From: Thraustochytrium aureum | Taxonomy: Eukaryota | Assembly: GCA_012862495.1 (NCBI GenBank) | Contig: BLSG01000006.1 | Span: 1 to 47,512 of the forward strand | Reading direction: 5' to 3' | Length of the DNA: 47,512 nt | Shown: piece by piece, positions 20,886 to 32,013 of the stretch | How the letters are laid out: every line of letters starts with the position of its first letter | How positions within the stretch are numbered: the first letter of the stretch is position 1 | Translations under genes and position numbers: made by a program | Notes under the pieces: generated by a model | What the model was told of the DNA's origin: nothing | The model's input: only the letters and a program-made list of their open reading frames with translations | The model's database searches: none

Positions 20886-22643
20886 NNNNNNNNNNNNNNN
20901 NNNNNNNNNNNNNNNNNNNNNNNNNNNNNNNNNNNNNNNNNNNNNNNNNNNNNNNNNNNNNNNNNNNNNNNNNNNNNNNNNNNNNNNNNNNNNNNNNNNN
21001 NNNNNNNNNNNNNNNNNNNNNNNNNNNNNNNNNNNNNNNNNNNNNNNNNNNNNNNNNNNNNNNNNNNNNNNNNNNNNNNNNNNNNNNNNNNNNNNNNNNN
21101 NNNNNNNNNNNNNNNNNNNNNNNNNNNNNNNNNNNNNNNNNNNNNNNNNNNNNNNNNNNNNNNNNNNNNNNNNNNNNNNNNNNNNNNNNNNNNNNNNNNN
21201 NNNNNNNNNNNNNNNNNNNNNNNNNNNNNNNNNNNNNNNNNNNNNNNNNNNNNNNNNNNNNNNNNNNNNNNNNNNNNNNNNNNNNNNNNNNNNNNNNNNN
21301 NNNNNNNNNNNNNNNNNNNNNNNNNNNNNNNNNNNNNNNNNNNNNNNNNNNNNNNNNNNNNNNNNNNNNNNNNNNNNNNNNNNNNNNNNNNNNNNNNNNN
21401 NNNNNNNNNNNNNNNNNNNNNNNNNNNNNNNNNNNNNNNNNNNNNNNNNNNNNNNNNNNNNNNNNNNNNNNNNNNNNNNNNNNNNNNNNNNNNNNNNNNN
21501 NNNNNNNNNNNNNNNNNNNNNNNNNNNNNNNNNNNNNNNNNNNNNNNNNNNNNNNNNNNNNNNNNNNNNNNNNNNNNNNNNNNNNNNNNNNNNNNNNNNN
21601 NNNNNNNNNNNNNNNNNNNNNNNNNNNNNNNNNNNNNNNNNNNNNNNNNNNNNNNNNNNNNNNNNNNNNNNNNNNNNATGGCCCCGCGCTGCACTCGCTC
21701 TCAAGCGTGTCCGTGGTCAAGACTTGCCGGGAATGGCCTGCCTGCCCGCTGGCGCTGTCTCTCGCGCGCGGAGGAGCTTGTCTTCATGGAGCGGGGGAGA
21801 GAGAGCCGCTCCCCGGCTGCAAGAGCCGCCGCCGCTGAATCCTCATCAGGGCCTTGCGCAAGGGTTGTCCGAAAGGCCTTCGAGTTGGGTGCTTGCGGCG
21901 GCTCCCTAGCGTAGACGGCGACCCAGAGAGCCCGCCGCCACTCTTCACGGCATGCAGCGCGCGTCGCTAGCGGCTGGCCAGCCCCCCCCCCTAGCTCACC
22001 CTCCGAGGCGAGAGTCGGTTCGTCCGAGTCGCCCTGCGGGCCGGTTTGCGCCTTGTGCGCTGACGCGGGGAGCAAAGAAACCGAACGCCAACCGCTTCCG
22101 CGCAAGCCGAAATCTGCATCTCCTTGCGGCGCGCGGCTCCGAACGAACGAAAGCTCAAGGCATACTTTGCGACCAGGACTACTCAGCTAGGTATTTTGCA
22201 TGCTGCAGCCTGGCGGCCGCGCGGTGCCGAGGCGGCGAAGCTGGGCTGCGAGAAAAACGTCCTTCAACTCGATCGACCTCAGGCTCGAGCTCTGGAGGAT
22301 CTGCACTCCCACTCACATCAACTGGCACATTATTGCTGGACACTGTTGCGCAAGCCCTGGAAGCCTGAACGAGCCTGGGGGGGGCGCTCGAACGTACTAT
22401 CACGCACTGGCGGCGCTCCGCCGACGGACGCCGGTCAAGAGCGCTCGCCAGCGAGGTCAGTCGACAGATAGGCCTGCAGCAACCATTCGAGCAGAGTTTT
22501 TGCTTGGCCATTTCCTTGCATTTTGCCTCGCTTCGAGCAGAGTCGGCATCCAGACGCGCATTCCGAGCAGCAGTTGAACAACGCAGTGGCACTCCCGAGG
22601 GGCAGACGCAGCAACGCGAGCGAAGACGAGCCATCTAGAGAGA

Positions 22644-23537
22644 ATGTCCACGTCGCAGCCGGCCCCGGCGCCGAGCATGGTGCTGCCAGTGCCGGCAGGA
22701 GGCAAGCTGCACAACAGATTCGTGCAAGTCGACCTGGGGGACAGGTGCGTGCTGAGCCTGGACGACAGCGAGTTCGAGGCCAAGGTCGCAAGTAAGATCT
22801 GGGAGCATGGGATAATTTGCGTCAAGAAGCAGGACCTGAGCCCCGAGCAGCTCAAGCAGTTGGCGCAGCGCATCGGTGAGCCCACGCTGCTCCCTCCAGC
22901 GTTCTCGTTCGAGAACCGGGACCCCGAGCACCCCGAAATCGTGCGCATCGGCAACATCCTGGCGGATGGCACCGTCAAGTCGGGCGTCAACGCGGCCGAG
23001 TACTGGCACCATGACGGCAACTTTTGGGGCGTGCCCGGGTTCCAGCTGGTCAACCTCCTGCACGCCAAGATTATCCCGCCTGTCGGCGGCAACACCGGCT
23101 TCATGGACTCGACCCTCGCGCTGCACGAGCACTTTGACGCCACGCTCAAGCGCCGCCTGGAGCACTCTACCACTCTTGTGTCATGCCGGTGGATCAGCGA
23201 CTTTAAAAACGCCAAGCCGGAGGACATGCTGCCTGACGTGACGCTCCCCTGCACGCCGACACACCCCAAGACTGGCAAGGAGTGCCTGTACCTGCCGTTC
23301 ACGCCCAAGGGGCTCTATGACTACGAGGCCGATGAGCACTGGCGCCCCAACGACCAGATTTGGGCCGACATTGTCGCTGCCGGGTACACGTACGAGCACA
23401 AGTACGAGGCGGGCGACATCCTGCTCTGGGACAACCTGCAGGTAATGCACCGCTCTCTTGGCGGCTACGGTGACCACCCGCGCCTGCTCTTCCGCGCGCA
23501 GGCCCGGTATCTGCAGCCCAGCGCAGCCAAGCTCTGA
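22644..23537 (+). CDS. TauD/TfdA-family 2-oxoglutarate/Fe(II) dioxygenase (candidate xanthine dioxygenase)
   Basis: WHHDG (HxD), GGNTGFMD, HPKTGK..LY, H.YEAGDILLWDN.QVMHR, RLLFR; ends AKL-stop. Family is solid; substrate is inferred from context. Confidence 0.85.
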   Translation: MSTSQPAPAPSMVLPVPAGGKLHNRFVQVDLGDRCVLSLDDSEFEAKVASKIWEHGIICVKKQDLSPEQLKQLAQRIGEPTLLPPAFSFENRDPEHPEIVRIGNILADGTVKSGVNAAEYWHHDGNFWGVPGFQLVNLLHAKIIPPVGGNTGFMDSTLALHEHFDATLKRRLEHSTTLVSCRWISDFKNAKPEDMLPDVTLPCTPTHPKTGKECLYLPFTPKGLYDYEADEHWRPNDQIWADIVAAGYTYEHKYEAGDILLWDNLQVMHRSLGGYGDHPRLLFRAQARYLQPSAAKL

Positions 23538-24086
23538 ACCCGTTAACTTCTTTGAGAACCCTGCTACTCTTTTGCACACTGGTACGCCCAACAATCACAA
23601 GATCTCTATACCAATAATCCCCCACCATCGCCGCATCTGCGCACTTTATCGTCGCGGGCGCTGGTGGCTTGTTTTCGGCAAGCGCAAGCAGTTGAAGGGA
23701 TCGGTCGTCGGCCATGATTTGGCATGCCAACTTTTTTTGCGGAATACCAGCCATCCCAAAACCATCGAAACGAGGCTCTACGCGAGCGAGCAAGTCGCCA
23801 AAGGCCGTTGCGCTGCGACGCCGTCAAGCTCGCCAACCCGCAACGCAACGAGCACCAGGCCTTGACACAATCGTTGCTTGCTTGCAAGCCCGCGTTGCCT
23901 GGTAAAACCCTCTTGCACAAAGGATTGGTTGGCCAGCGCAGCTTTGAAATGGACGGCAAGCAGCTGGCGTCCACAGACCCTCATCCCGAGCAGCAAGCCC
24001 CGCTGCGCGAGGGAGACGGGGCCGAGGCAGACAGGCCTCGTGTCGCGCTCTGGCGCTCGGCAGGCCGCGACGAGCTGCTGCCGGGG

Positions 24087-27046
24087 ATGGGGCGGAGCAA
24101 CAACAAAAGGAAGGGAAACGCAGCCCGGGCACCGTCGCCCTGGCCAAGTGCGACCAAGAGCTCGTGGCGAGGACGCGGCAAGTGATCGAGGCGCTCGCAG
24201 CCAGCGGGGTAGCGCCTACGTCCGAGCCAGCACTGGAGGAACTGCTCAAAAGGCACCGCGAGTACGCAAGACAGCCGAAGAAAAAACTCGAGGCCATCGT
24301 GCACCAGGTCGTCGTCGAGGCTCGCAAGGCGCGCGACTCGGGCCAGGGAGAAGACTCTGACGGCGACTCTATCGAGGACGCCGAGGACTCGCACAACATG
24401 CTCAACCTCATGGTCGGCCGCGGCGGCGCGCGCAAGCGCCCTCGGTCCCCAGAGACAGCGCCAACGCTCACCGCAAGCAACACCGACGGACCCGACATCG
24501 CCTCGCCAGTGAACGGCGCTGGCGAGGTCGTCGTCGTCGAGGAGCACGACGACGCCCACGACGACCTCTTCGGCGTCATGGCCAAAGCTGCCCAAGCATC
24601 GCGCGCCTCACAGCAGCCACAAACGACCAGCCCTGCCGCGGCGGTCCCCGAGACCCCCGGATTGTCCGCCGCGCAGCGCCGCTTGCGCAAGGTGAAGCGG
24701 GCAAAGGACAGCGCGCCGCCTCCCGGCGGCGTCCCAGTCGGTGGCCCAGCGGGGCAAAAGGGACCCTCGCCTGGGGTGGGAGGCGGGATCCAGGTCGAGC
24801 GGCCAACAGTCCGGTTCAGCGACATGGGGGGCATCGAACCATGCCTCCAGGACGTGCGAGAGCTCTGTGCATACCCGCTCACACACCCTGAAATATACAA
24901 GCACCTCGGGGTCAGCCACCACGCGGCATCCTGCTGCACGGCCCGCCGGGCTGCGGCAAGCCATGATGGCGCGCGCCATCGCTGGCGAGATGGGGGGTCG
25001 CCTTCTTCAGCGTCTCGGCGCCAGAGATCGTGTCGGGCANNNNNNNNNNNNNNNNNNNNNNNNNNNNNNNNNNNNNNNNNNNNNNNNNNNNNNNNNNNNN
25101 NNNNNNNNNNNNNNNNNNNNNNNNNNNNNNNNNNNNNNNNNNNNNNNNNNNNNNNNNNNNNNNNNNNNNNNNNNNNNNNNNNNNNNNNNNNNNNNNNNNN
25201 NNNNNNNNNNNNNNNNNNNNNNNNNNNNNNNNNNNNNNNNNNNNNNNNNNNNNNNNNNNNNNNNNNNNNNNNNNNNNNNNNNNNNNNNNNNNNNNNNNNN
25301 GACAGCCTGCGCAGCGACGCGGGCGCCGACGACGAGCAACGTTCCGCAGGAGGGCCTGCGGACAACGACGACTCTCCACCTCGCAACGTGCTGGTTATCG
25401 GCGCCACAAACCGCCCTGACTCGCTTGACCCAGCTCTGCGTCGCGCCGGCCGTTTTGACCGGGAGATCTCCATGGGCATTCCGGACGGCGCAGCGCGGGC
25501 TCGCATCCTCGAGTGCATAACTTTGCGCATGCGTCTTGAAGGCGACTTTGACTTTGCCGAAATTGCTAGAATCACGCCAGGCTTCGTGGGCGCCGACTTG
25601 GACGCCCTGGCCAAGGAAGCGGCGGTCGTGGCCGTAAACCGCGTCTTTTCCGAGCTTGGCGCGGCCCCTGAAGGTACCAAGGAGCTTCCACAGGACGCGC
25701 TGCAGCACCGAACGAGTGCGAGCTTGGCGCTCAGCCGCTTCCGCGAGCCGCTGACGCGCGACCAGCTCGACCCTGTCTACGTCAAGATGCAAGACTTTGT
25801 GCTTGCCGTCTCCAAGGTGCAGCCCAGCGCCAAGCGCGAGGGCTTCGCCACGGTCCCGTCAGTCACCTGGGAGGACATCGGATCGCTCGCTTCGGTACGT
25901 TTATCCTTGTCGCCCCTCGGCCATTGCGCCTTGATTCGTTTGCTTGCATGGTGCTTTTGGCAGCGAGCGCTAAGGGCTGCGGCGGTCCTGCTATGATGAT
26001 TGAACTTGGACATACATGATCGTGAATGAGACAACCTTCACCTCCTACTCATTCTGAGCAACAACCACTGCCGTCTGCGCTCCGCTCGCTGGCCCAAGCA
26101 GAATGGCGATCAGTGACTGACGCACGTATACGCGCAGGTCCGAGAAGAGCTCTCGATGGCGATTACCGAGCCGATCAAAAACCCCGAGCGGTTCCGCAGC
26201 ATGGGGCTCACGGCCCCGGCTGGCGTTTTGCTGTACGGCCCACCCGGCTGCGGCAAGACGATGATCGCCAAGGCCATCGCGAACAGCAGCGGGTCCAACT
26301 TTATCTCCATCAAGGGGCCCGAGCTGCTCAACAAGTTTGTGGGCGAGTCGGAGCGCGCAGTTCGTCAAGTGTTTGCTCGTGCGCGATCCTCGGCGCCTTG
26401 CGTGGTCTTCTTCGACGAGCTCGATTCGCTCTGCCCGCGTCGCGGTTCGGACGGCAGCAACGGCGTCAGCGAGCGCGTTGTCAATCAACTGCTCACAGAA
26501 ATGGACGGCCTCGAAGAGCGGCGCAACGTGTTTGTGATTGCTGCTACCAACCGGCCCGACATCATCGACCCGGCCATGCTGCGACCCGGCCGCCTTGACA
26601 AGCTGCTGTACGTGCCGCTGCCGCAGCCCGAGGATCGGGTCGACATCATCAAAACCTGCGCGCGCGCGAGCCCCATCGCGCCGGACGTCGACCTCGAATC
26701 CATTGCGCGCTCGGATCGCCTCGAAGGGTTTACTGGAGCCGACCTTGCCTCGCTCATCAAGGAGGCCGCTGTGCAGGCGCTTCGCCGACTGGCCGACCCA
26801 GCAAGACCGTCCGGCCCCGACCAGATCGAGCAGGCCGACTTTGAGCACGCCATGCGCGAGGTCTTCCCTTCGGTGTCAACAAAGGACCAGCGCCTCTACA
26901 AGCGCATGACGACGCAGCTGCGCAAGGCCCGTGGCCACATCGCGCCAGCGGACGAGGCGCTCCTCGGCGCTGCGGACCAGCCCGACCCGGAGCGCGCGTC
27001 GAATCCGGCTCCGCTTGGCGCTGACCCTGACCCAGCCGTGCGTTGA
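24087..27046 (+). CDS. NVL: NVL/Rix7 double AAA+ ATPase (ribosome biogenesis); one intron, one gap, apparent indel errors
   Basis: N-terminal EYARQ..K..L...V; D1 Walker [13 protein letters not shown] (frameshifted near 24913-24990) and [39 protein letters not shown]2 [27 protein letters not shown]. Start position approximate. Confidence 0.9.
25895..26137 (+). other. Spliceosomal intron in NVL
   Basis: GTACGT donor, TGACTGAC branch site at ~26114, CGCAG acceptor; splicing joins [17 protein letters not shown] in frame. Confidence 0.9.
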
Positions 27047-27086
27047 GAGAGGGGTGCAAGATCGCGCTGGCAGCAGCGCGCCTTCG

Positions 27087-27878
27087 TCAGCACGTCAAGG
27101 CCGCAAGGGCCGCCCATGCAAACACATACGAGTCGATCCGGTCGCAGACACCTCCGTGAGGCCCGAGCAGGCTGCTAAAGTCCTTGAGGCCCATAACGCG
27201 CTTGGCTGTCGAAAAGTAGAGGTCCCCGATACAGCCTGCGAGAAAGACCAGCGCAGCCACGCGCATTTCCCAACCGTGCACGGAGCACGCATAGGCAACT
27301 GTAACAACCATACCACCAATGTACCCTTCGAGCGACTTTTTCGGCGAGATGGCCGACACCACTCTTGTGCGCCCAAAAAGGCGGCCGCATCCAAGCTGCG
27401 CCGAGTCGGAGACAAGCAGCACCACGGCGATCGCCTCCATCGACCTGACGTGGCCCGGGCAGGGCCCTTCGATACGCTCTCGCACTGCGAGCGCGGTCGG
27501 CACCGCCCAGGCCGCGAGAGCGCAGAGTGCAAGCGCAACTCGAAGGACGCCGCTAGGCTGTCCTTTTCGGGCGCTCAGCACCGCCTGGCTCTGGGCCACG
27601 CCGCGGATCCATTCGATCGCGCTCACGCCCACTGCCACGTGAAACACACGCGAGCATGCGGCGGGCCACAAGCAGATAGGCACGAACACGAACACGGTCA
27701 GCGCCACAAGCACGGCTACGCGCGGCCCCAAGTCCGCCCCAAGCCTGCTCCTGGTCGCGCCCTCCTCCGGCACAGCCGCCGCAGGCCGTGTGGGCCCGCT
27801 CGCTCCTGCGGGGACCGCGGCCCCAGCGGCCGCTCTGCGTTGTCTGGAGGGCGGCTCGGCGCGGAGAGGTTGCTGCAT
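27087..27878 (-). CDS. Phosphatidate cytidylyltransferase (CDP-diacylglycerol synthase, CTP_transf_1 family)
   Basis: SDSAQ..GR.FG, ISPKKSLEGYIGG, GDLYFS..KR..GLKDFSSLLGPHGGVCDRIDS signature. Confidence 0.85.
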   Translation of the reverse strand: MQQPLRAEPPSRQRRAAAGAAVPAGASGPTRPAAAVPEEGATRSRLGADLGPRVAVLVALTVFVFVPICLWPAACSRVFHVAVGVSAIEWIRGVAQSQAVLSARKGQPSGVLRVALALCALAAWAVPTALAVRERIEGPCPGHVRSMEAIAVVLLVSDSAQLGCGRLFGRTRVVSAISPKKSLEGYIGGMVVTVAYACSVHGWEMRVAALVFLAGCIGDLYFSTAKRVMGLKDFSSLLGPHGGVCDRIDSYVFAWAALAALTC

Positions 27879-28802
27879 CTTGCCCGACCTCCACAAAGAT
27901 GCCCAAATCGGATCCCTGCGTCACTGCCCGAGTCCTTCCCAGAGACGCTCGCTCGCAGGCACGCTCGCAGGTACGCTCGCAGGCACGCAGGCAGGCAGGC
28001 AGGCAGGCAGGCAAGCTCGCTGGCTCCCCCAGCAGGAGCCGCAGACCAGTTGGGCGACTGGTGTCGGCGCGGGGTTTTGGGGCAGGCAAGCCCAAGACCA
28101 GCTCAAGAGGCAGGTATACNNNNNNNNNNNNNNNNNNNNNNNNNNNNNNNNNNNNNNNNNNNNNNNNNNNNNNNNNNNNNNNNNNNNNNNNNNNNNNNNN
28201 NNNNNNNNNNNNNNNNNNNNNNNNNNNNNNNNNNNNNNNNNNNNNNNNNNNNNNNNNNNNNNNNNNNNNNNNNNNNNNNNNNNNNNNNNNNNNNNNNNNN
28301 NNNNNNNNNNNNNNNNNNNNNNNNNNNNNNNNNNNNNNNNNNNNNNNNNNNNNNNNNNNNNNNNNNNNNNNNNNNNNNNNNNNNNNNNNNNNNNNNNNNN
28401 NNNNNNNNNNNNNNNNNNNNNNNNNNNNNNNNNNNNNNNNNNNNNNNNNNNNNNNNNNNNNNNNNNNNNNNNNNNNNNNNNNNNNNNNNNNNNNNNNNNN
28501 NNNNNNNNNNNNNNNNNNNNNNNNNNNNNNNNNNNNNNNNNNNNNNNNNNNNNNNNNNNNNNNNNNNNNNNNNNNNNNNNNNNNNNNNNNNNNNNNNNNN
28601 NNNNNNNNNNNNNNNNNNNNNNNNNNNNNNNNNNNNNNNNNNNNNNNNNNNNNNNNNNNNNNNNNNNNNNNNNNNNNNNNNNNNNNNNNNNNNNNNNNNN
28701 NNNNNNNNNNNNNNNNNNNNNNNNNNNNNNNNNNNNNNNNNNNNNNNNNNNNNNNNNNNNNNNNNNNNNNNNNNNNNNNNNNNNNNNNNNNNNNNNNNNN
28801 NN

Positions 28803-29683
28803 CGAACTAGAGCGAGAAACGGCAGAATGCCGGTCACCTTGCGGAACGTCCCGCTCGCGGCGCCAACGGCGTCCCTGTACGTCTTGCGCATCGAGATGCT
28901 ACGCTGCTTGGCCGCGTGGAGGTCGCGGATTGCTGCAATCTCGCTCCGCTCGCCGTTGTAGAATGCAATCGACTCGGCGTTCTCGCGAACACGCGTGAGC
29001 GCGTAGCGAAAGTTGTTGGAGGCGTCTCGTTCACGCTGGTAGAGCGCTGGGAGCCGCTGGCCGATGAGGACCGTGCCCAGCGTCCCCGCGATGGCGAGCG
29101 AGACAGTGCTCTGTGACAGCCACGGCGAGGCCCGCCACAAAACCCGCGCGAAGAACACGAGGTGGATTCCTGCTTGCGCCATCTCTAGGCTCAGATCTAG
29201 GAAAAGGTCAACAAACTTGTCCACGTCTTCGGCTACGCGCTGGTCCAGATTGGACTTGCCGTCGTCGTCCGTGCGACCGGCGCTTGTCTCGCCCTGCACG
29301 CCGGAGGCACGGCCCAGCGCCACTTTGAGGTACCCGTCGAGGAGTGCGTCTGTCAAGCTCTTTGACCAGGCTTGCTTGAGCTCGCGGAGCACCCATTGAT
29401 AAACAGTGTCGAGCGGCGCGAGCATCACTAGAAATGCAACCTTCGTGGCCGCTGACCGCCACAGTCGCCGTGTGCGCCCGGCGTCTGGGCCGTCGGTGAG
29501 GGCGGAAAGTGTGCCCCTCGAGCAATCCGAAAGCAGCGTTGCAGCTTTCCCCTTGGCCACTTGGAGTGCGAGTACCGCTGCGAGCCAGGTCCAAGCCGTC
29601 GAGTTGCCCTTGGCGCCCCAGTACAGTCGCGCGAGTCTCACCGCGCCAGCCCAGCCAGGCGACAACGTGCTCACGACCTCCAT
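28803..29683 (-). CDS. ABC transporter subfamily D (ABC_membrane_2) transmembrane part; remainder in gap 28120-28802
   Basis: W...LT..LL..Y, NLDQRVAEDV, FRYALTRVRENAESIAFYNGE..E (EAA motif); nucleotide-binding domain not visible. Confidence 0.85.
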
Positions 29684-31296
29684 CGTGGGCGCGGCAAGCT
29701 AGACCAGCGGCTCGCGGTTCCCGTGCTTGTCCAGCAGCGCCTCGCGCGTTTCACGTCCCACGTCTGCGCGCTTTGGGTGCCACCACCAGCGTCGCTCGCG
29801 AGGACGCGCCTCGCCCGTGAGCGCAGAAGACTCGCGGCACGTCCGAGCCGGACCGCCGGTATCACGGCACGGATCGCACGTCGCGAGCTCGGCAGACTCG
29901 CGGCAAACCTGCGAGGCGAGCTCGGCAGACTTCGCGGCACGCCTCCGGCGCGGCACAAGCACTTGGTGAACGGAATCAATTCAGGACCGCGCCTGCGGAC
30001 CGCCTGGCAGCTCGAAGAAGACCCTCGCGCAGCTTGGGCCCGCGCCGCCGTGCGTCAATAGCCGGCCGCTAAGAGGTCCTACCGCCGCCGCCGCCTCCGC
30101 CGCCGCGCCAAGAATGGCCCAAAGCTGGAAGGACACTGCCGATCGTCAGTCCGACGATCCCTGCAGCTGCTGGGTCGGTGTTCTACAAGGTGCAAGAGGC
30201 AGCCGATGAAGTGCGGGGAAAACCGGGGAGGGAGGGCCTTGGCTCCAAGGCCGCGGCCTGCAGCGCCAAGGCCGCTCGCCCGTCGCGTGCGCGGCCGTGG
30301 GCTTGCGCCGTCAGGGGCTGCCGCTGCCCGGCTGGCTCGCCTGCCGGTGCGGTCTTCGGTGCCGCAACGGATAGTTTTTTGGGGCCGCAGTGTCTCGAAA
30401 CGGAGGGAGGGTATGATGACGTGGAAATTGACGTGAGTCTGCGGCGTCGCGAGAGTGGGGCGGAGAGGTCCGTTGGGCTGGCGTTGCGCGGCCTGGGGGT
30501 GGCGGCTGCTGGAGGCGGCGGCGGCGGCGGCGGCACGGGGAATTGCGAGAGGGATTGAGCGGCTTGCGGCCTGGTTGAGCTCGATTCATTTTCGGCGGGG
30601 CCGCTTGGGAATTTTGGCGCATTTCACCCGCTGACTTGGCGCGAATTGGAATGAATGCTCGCTTGCTTGTTCTGCGCGGCGGCGCCGCCTCGTTGACGTG
30701 AGTGGGTTTGGTTGATTACGTGACGGCTTGCGCGCGTTGACGTTTCTAGATGGGGTTGCGGTTCACTAGGAGGAGCGATCGGTTGGGAGAAAAAGGCGAT
30801 TTCCCTTCACAGAAATCGTCGCTTGCTTGCTCGCAAATCTACGCCGCCTGCTTGTTTGCACGCGGGTCTGCTGCGCTTGCATGTTGATGTAGCCATTTAC
30901 GCTTACCGGATCACTTTTCGGGTCGCTTGCTCAAGCGCGGTGAGGAGCGCAAGCAGGCTCAGCGAGGCAAGCCAGCAACGTCGCCCTGTGCGGCCGGCCC
31001 GGAGCGTGCCAAGGAGAAGCAGCGGCAGCGGCAGCGGCAGCAGCGGCGGCAGCAGTGCGAAGTGCTGTTAGCGCCAAGGTGTCGAGGGCGCTTTTGACTG
31101 AGACAGGGCTGCTCAAACGCCGAGTCGCACTCGCACTGTCCGTGCCGTGCCGCGCCAAGGCCCAAGCTACACGGCTAAAGCCCGCAAAAGGCTCGAGCCG
31201 GCGCCAGCGCGACTGAAGCAAGGGCAAGACGGGTGCGCGTCGCAAGCAGCAGGCCCGGGCGCCAAGCTAACGCGAGCCAGGCCCGCCGAAAGCAAG

Positions 31297-32013
31297 ATGT
31301 TTCGCGGGCGCCAGGCAAACCTGTGCTCCAACAAATTCCTCTATCAAAAGGACTTGGAGCACAGGCAAAAGCTGCACAAAGACAGGCTCAACAAAATGAA
31401 GCCCGCCATCGACAACACCGCCCCGAAAAAACCGACGCACCTCAGCAACAACAAGAAGCGCGAGCAGATGATGGAGGACCGCTTCGTCCGCATCGAGCGC
31501 GAAAACCGCTTATTGCTGGAAAAGATGTCCACCATCATGTCGAAAAAGGCCCTCGACAACGACAACGACAACATGCAGGCAATCAGGAGCCTCAACAAGA
31601 CCTATCGCAAACGCGAGCTCCAGCGCATCACACTCGAAAACCAAAACATCCTCCGTCGGATCCAGCAGCGCGAGCCTTACTACAACCACGCACAATGGGA
31701 AGAGGAGCGCCGGACACACGAGCAGTACCTGCGCAACATTTGCGAGTATCCGCTCGGCGCCACCGCACCGGGCAAGAAGAAAAAGTCGCGCAAGGGCCAG
31801 AGGCGCCTTATGGACGACAGCAGCCAAGGTCAGCTGGCTCACTCGCGTTCGGGCATGATTCCCTCTCTTGATGCAGAGTATCAGCGCCAGTCCCGCGAGC
31901 GCGCACAGGAACTCAACCGGGCGGCGAGCTATTCCGGGTTGGACACGGCAGGGTCGCCATCACTGCCCTCTCCAGGAGGGCGCGCAAGTCACGCGCTCGA
32001 CCCTATCTTCTAA
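31297..32013 (+). CDS. CFAP97/KIAA1430 (Hemingway)-domain cilia/flagella-associated protein
   Basis: H..RL..MKPAIDN..P, KKREQ..EDR..RIERENRLLLEKM, SLN...RKREL.RI..EN..IL.RI....PYY....W. Confidence 0.8.
   Translation: MFRGRQANLCSNKFLYQKDLEHRQKLHKDRLNKMKPAIDNTAPKKPTHLSNNKKREQMMEDRFVRIERENRLLLEKMSTIMSKKALDNDNDNMQAIRSLNKTYRKRELQRITLENQNILRRIQQREPYYNHAQWEEERRTHEQYLRNICEYPLGATAPGKKKKSRKGQRRLMDDSSQGQLAHSRSGMIPSLDAEYQRQSRERAQELNRAASYSGLDTAGSPSLPSPGGRASHALDPIF

Noticed and set aside
24087..25039. Frameshifts in NVL (near the start and across the D1 Walker A) suggesting a pseudogene
   Set aside because: Motifs are perfectly conserved across shifted frames, most indels cluster next to an assembly gap, and the gene is normally essential; most likely low-coverage consensus errors
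28803..29683. ABCD transporter as part of the peroxisomal purine cluster
   Set aside because: Separated from the cluster by NVL and CDP-DAG synthase; ABCD substrates are acyl-CoAs or cobalamin, with no purine link
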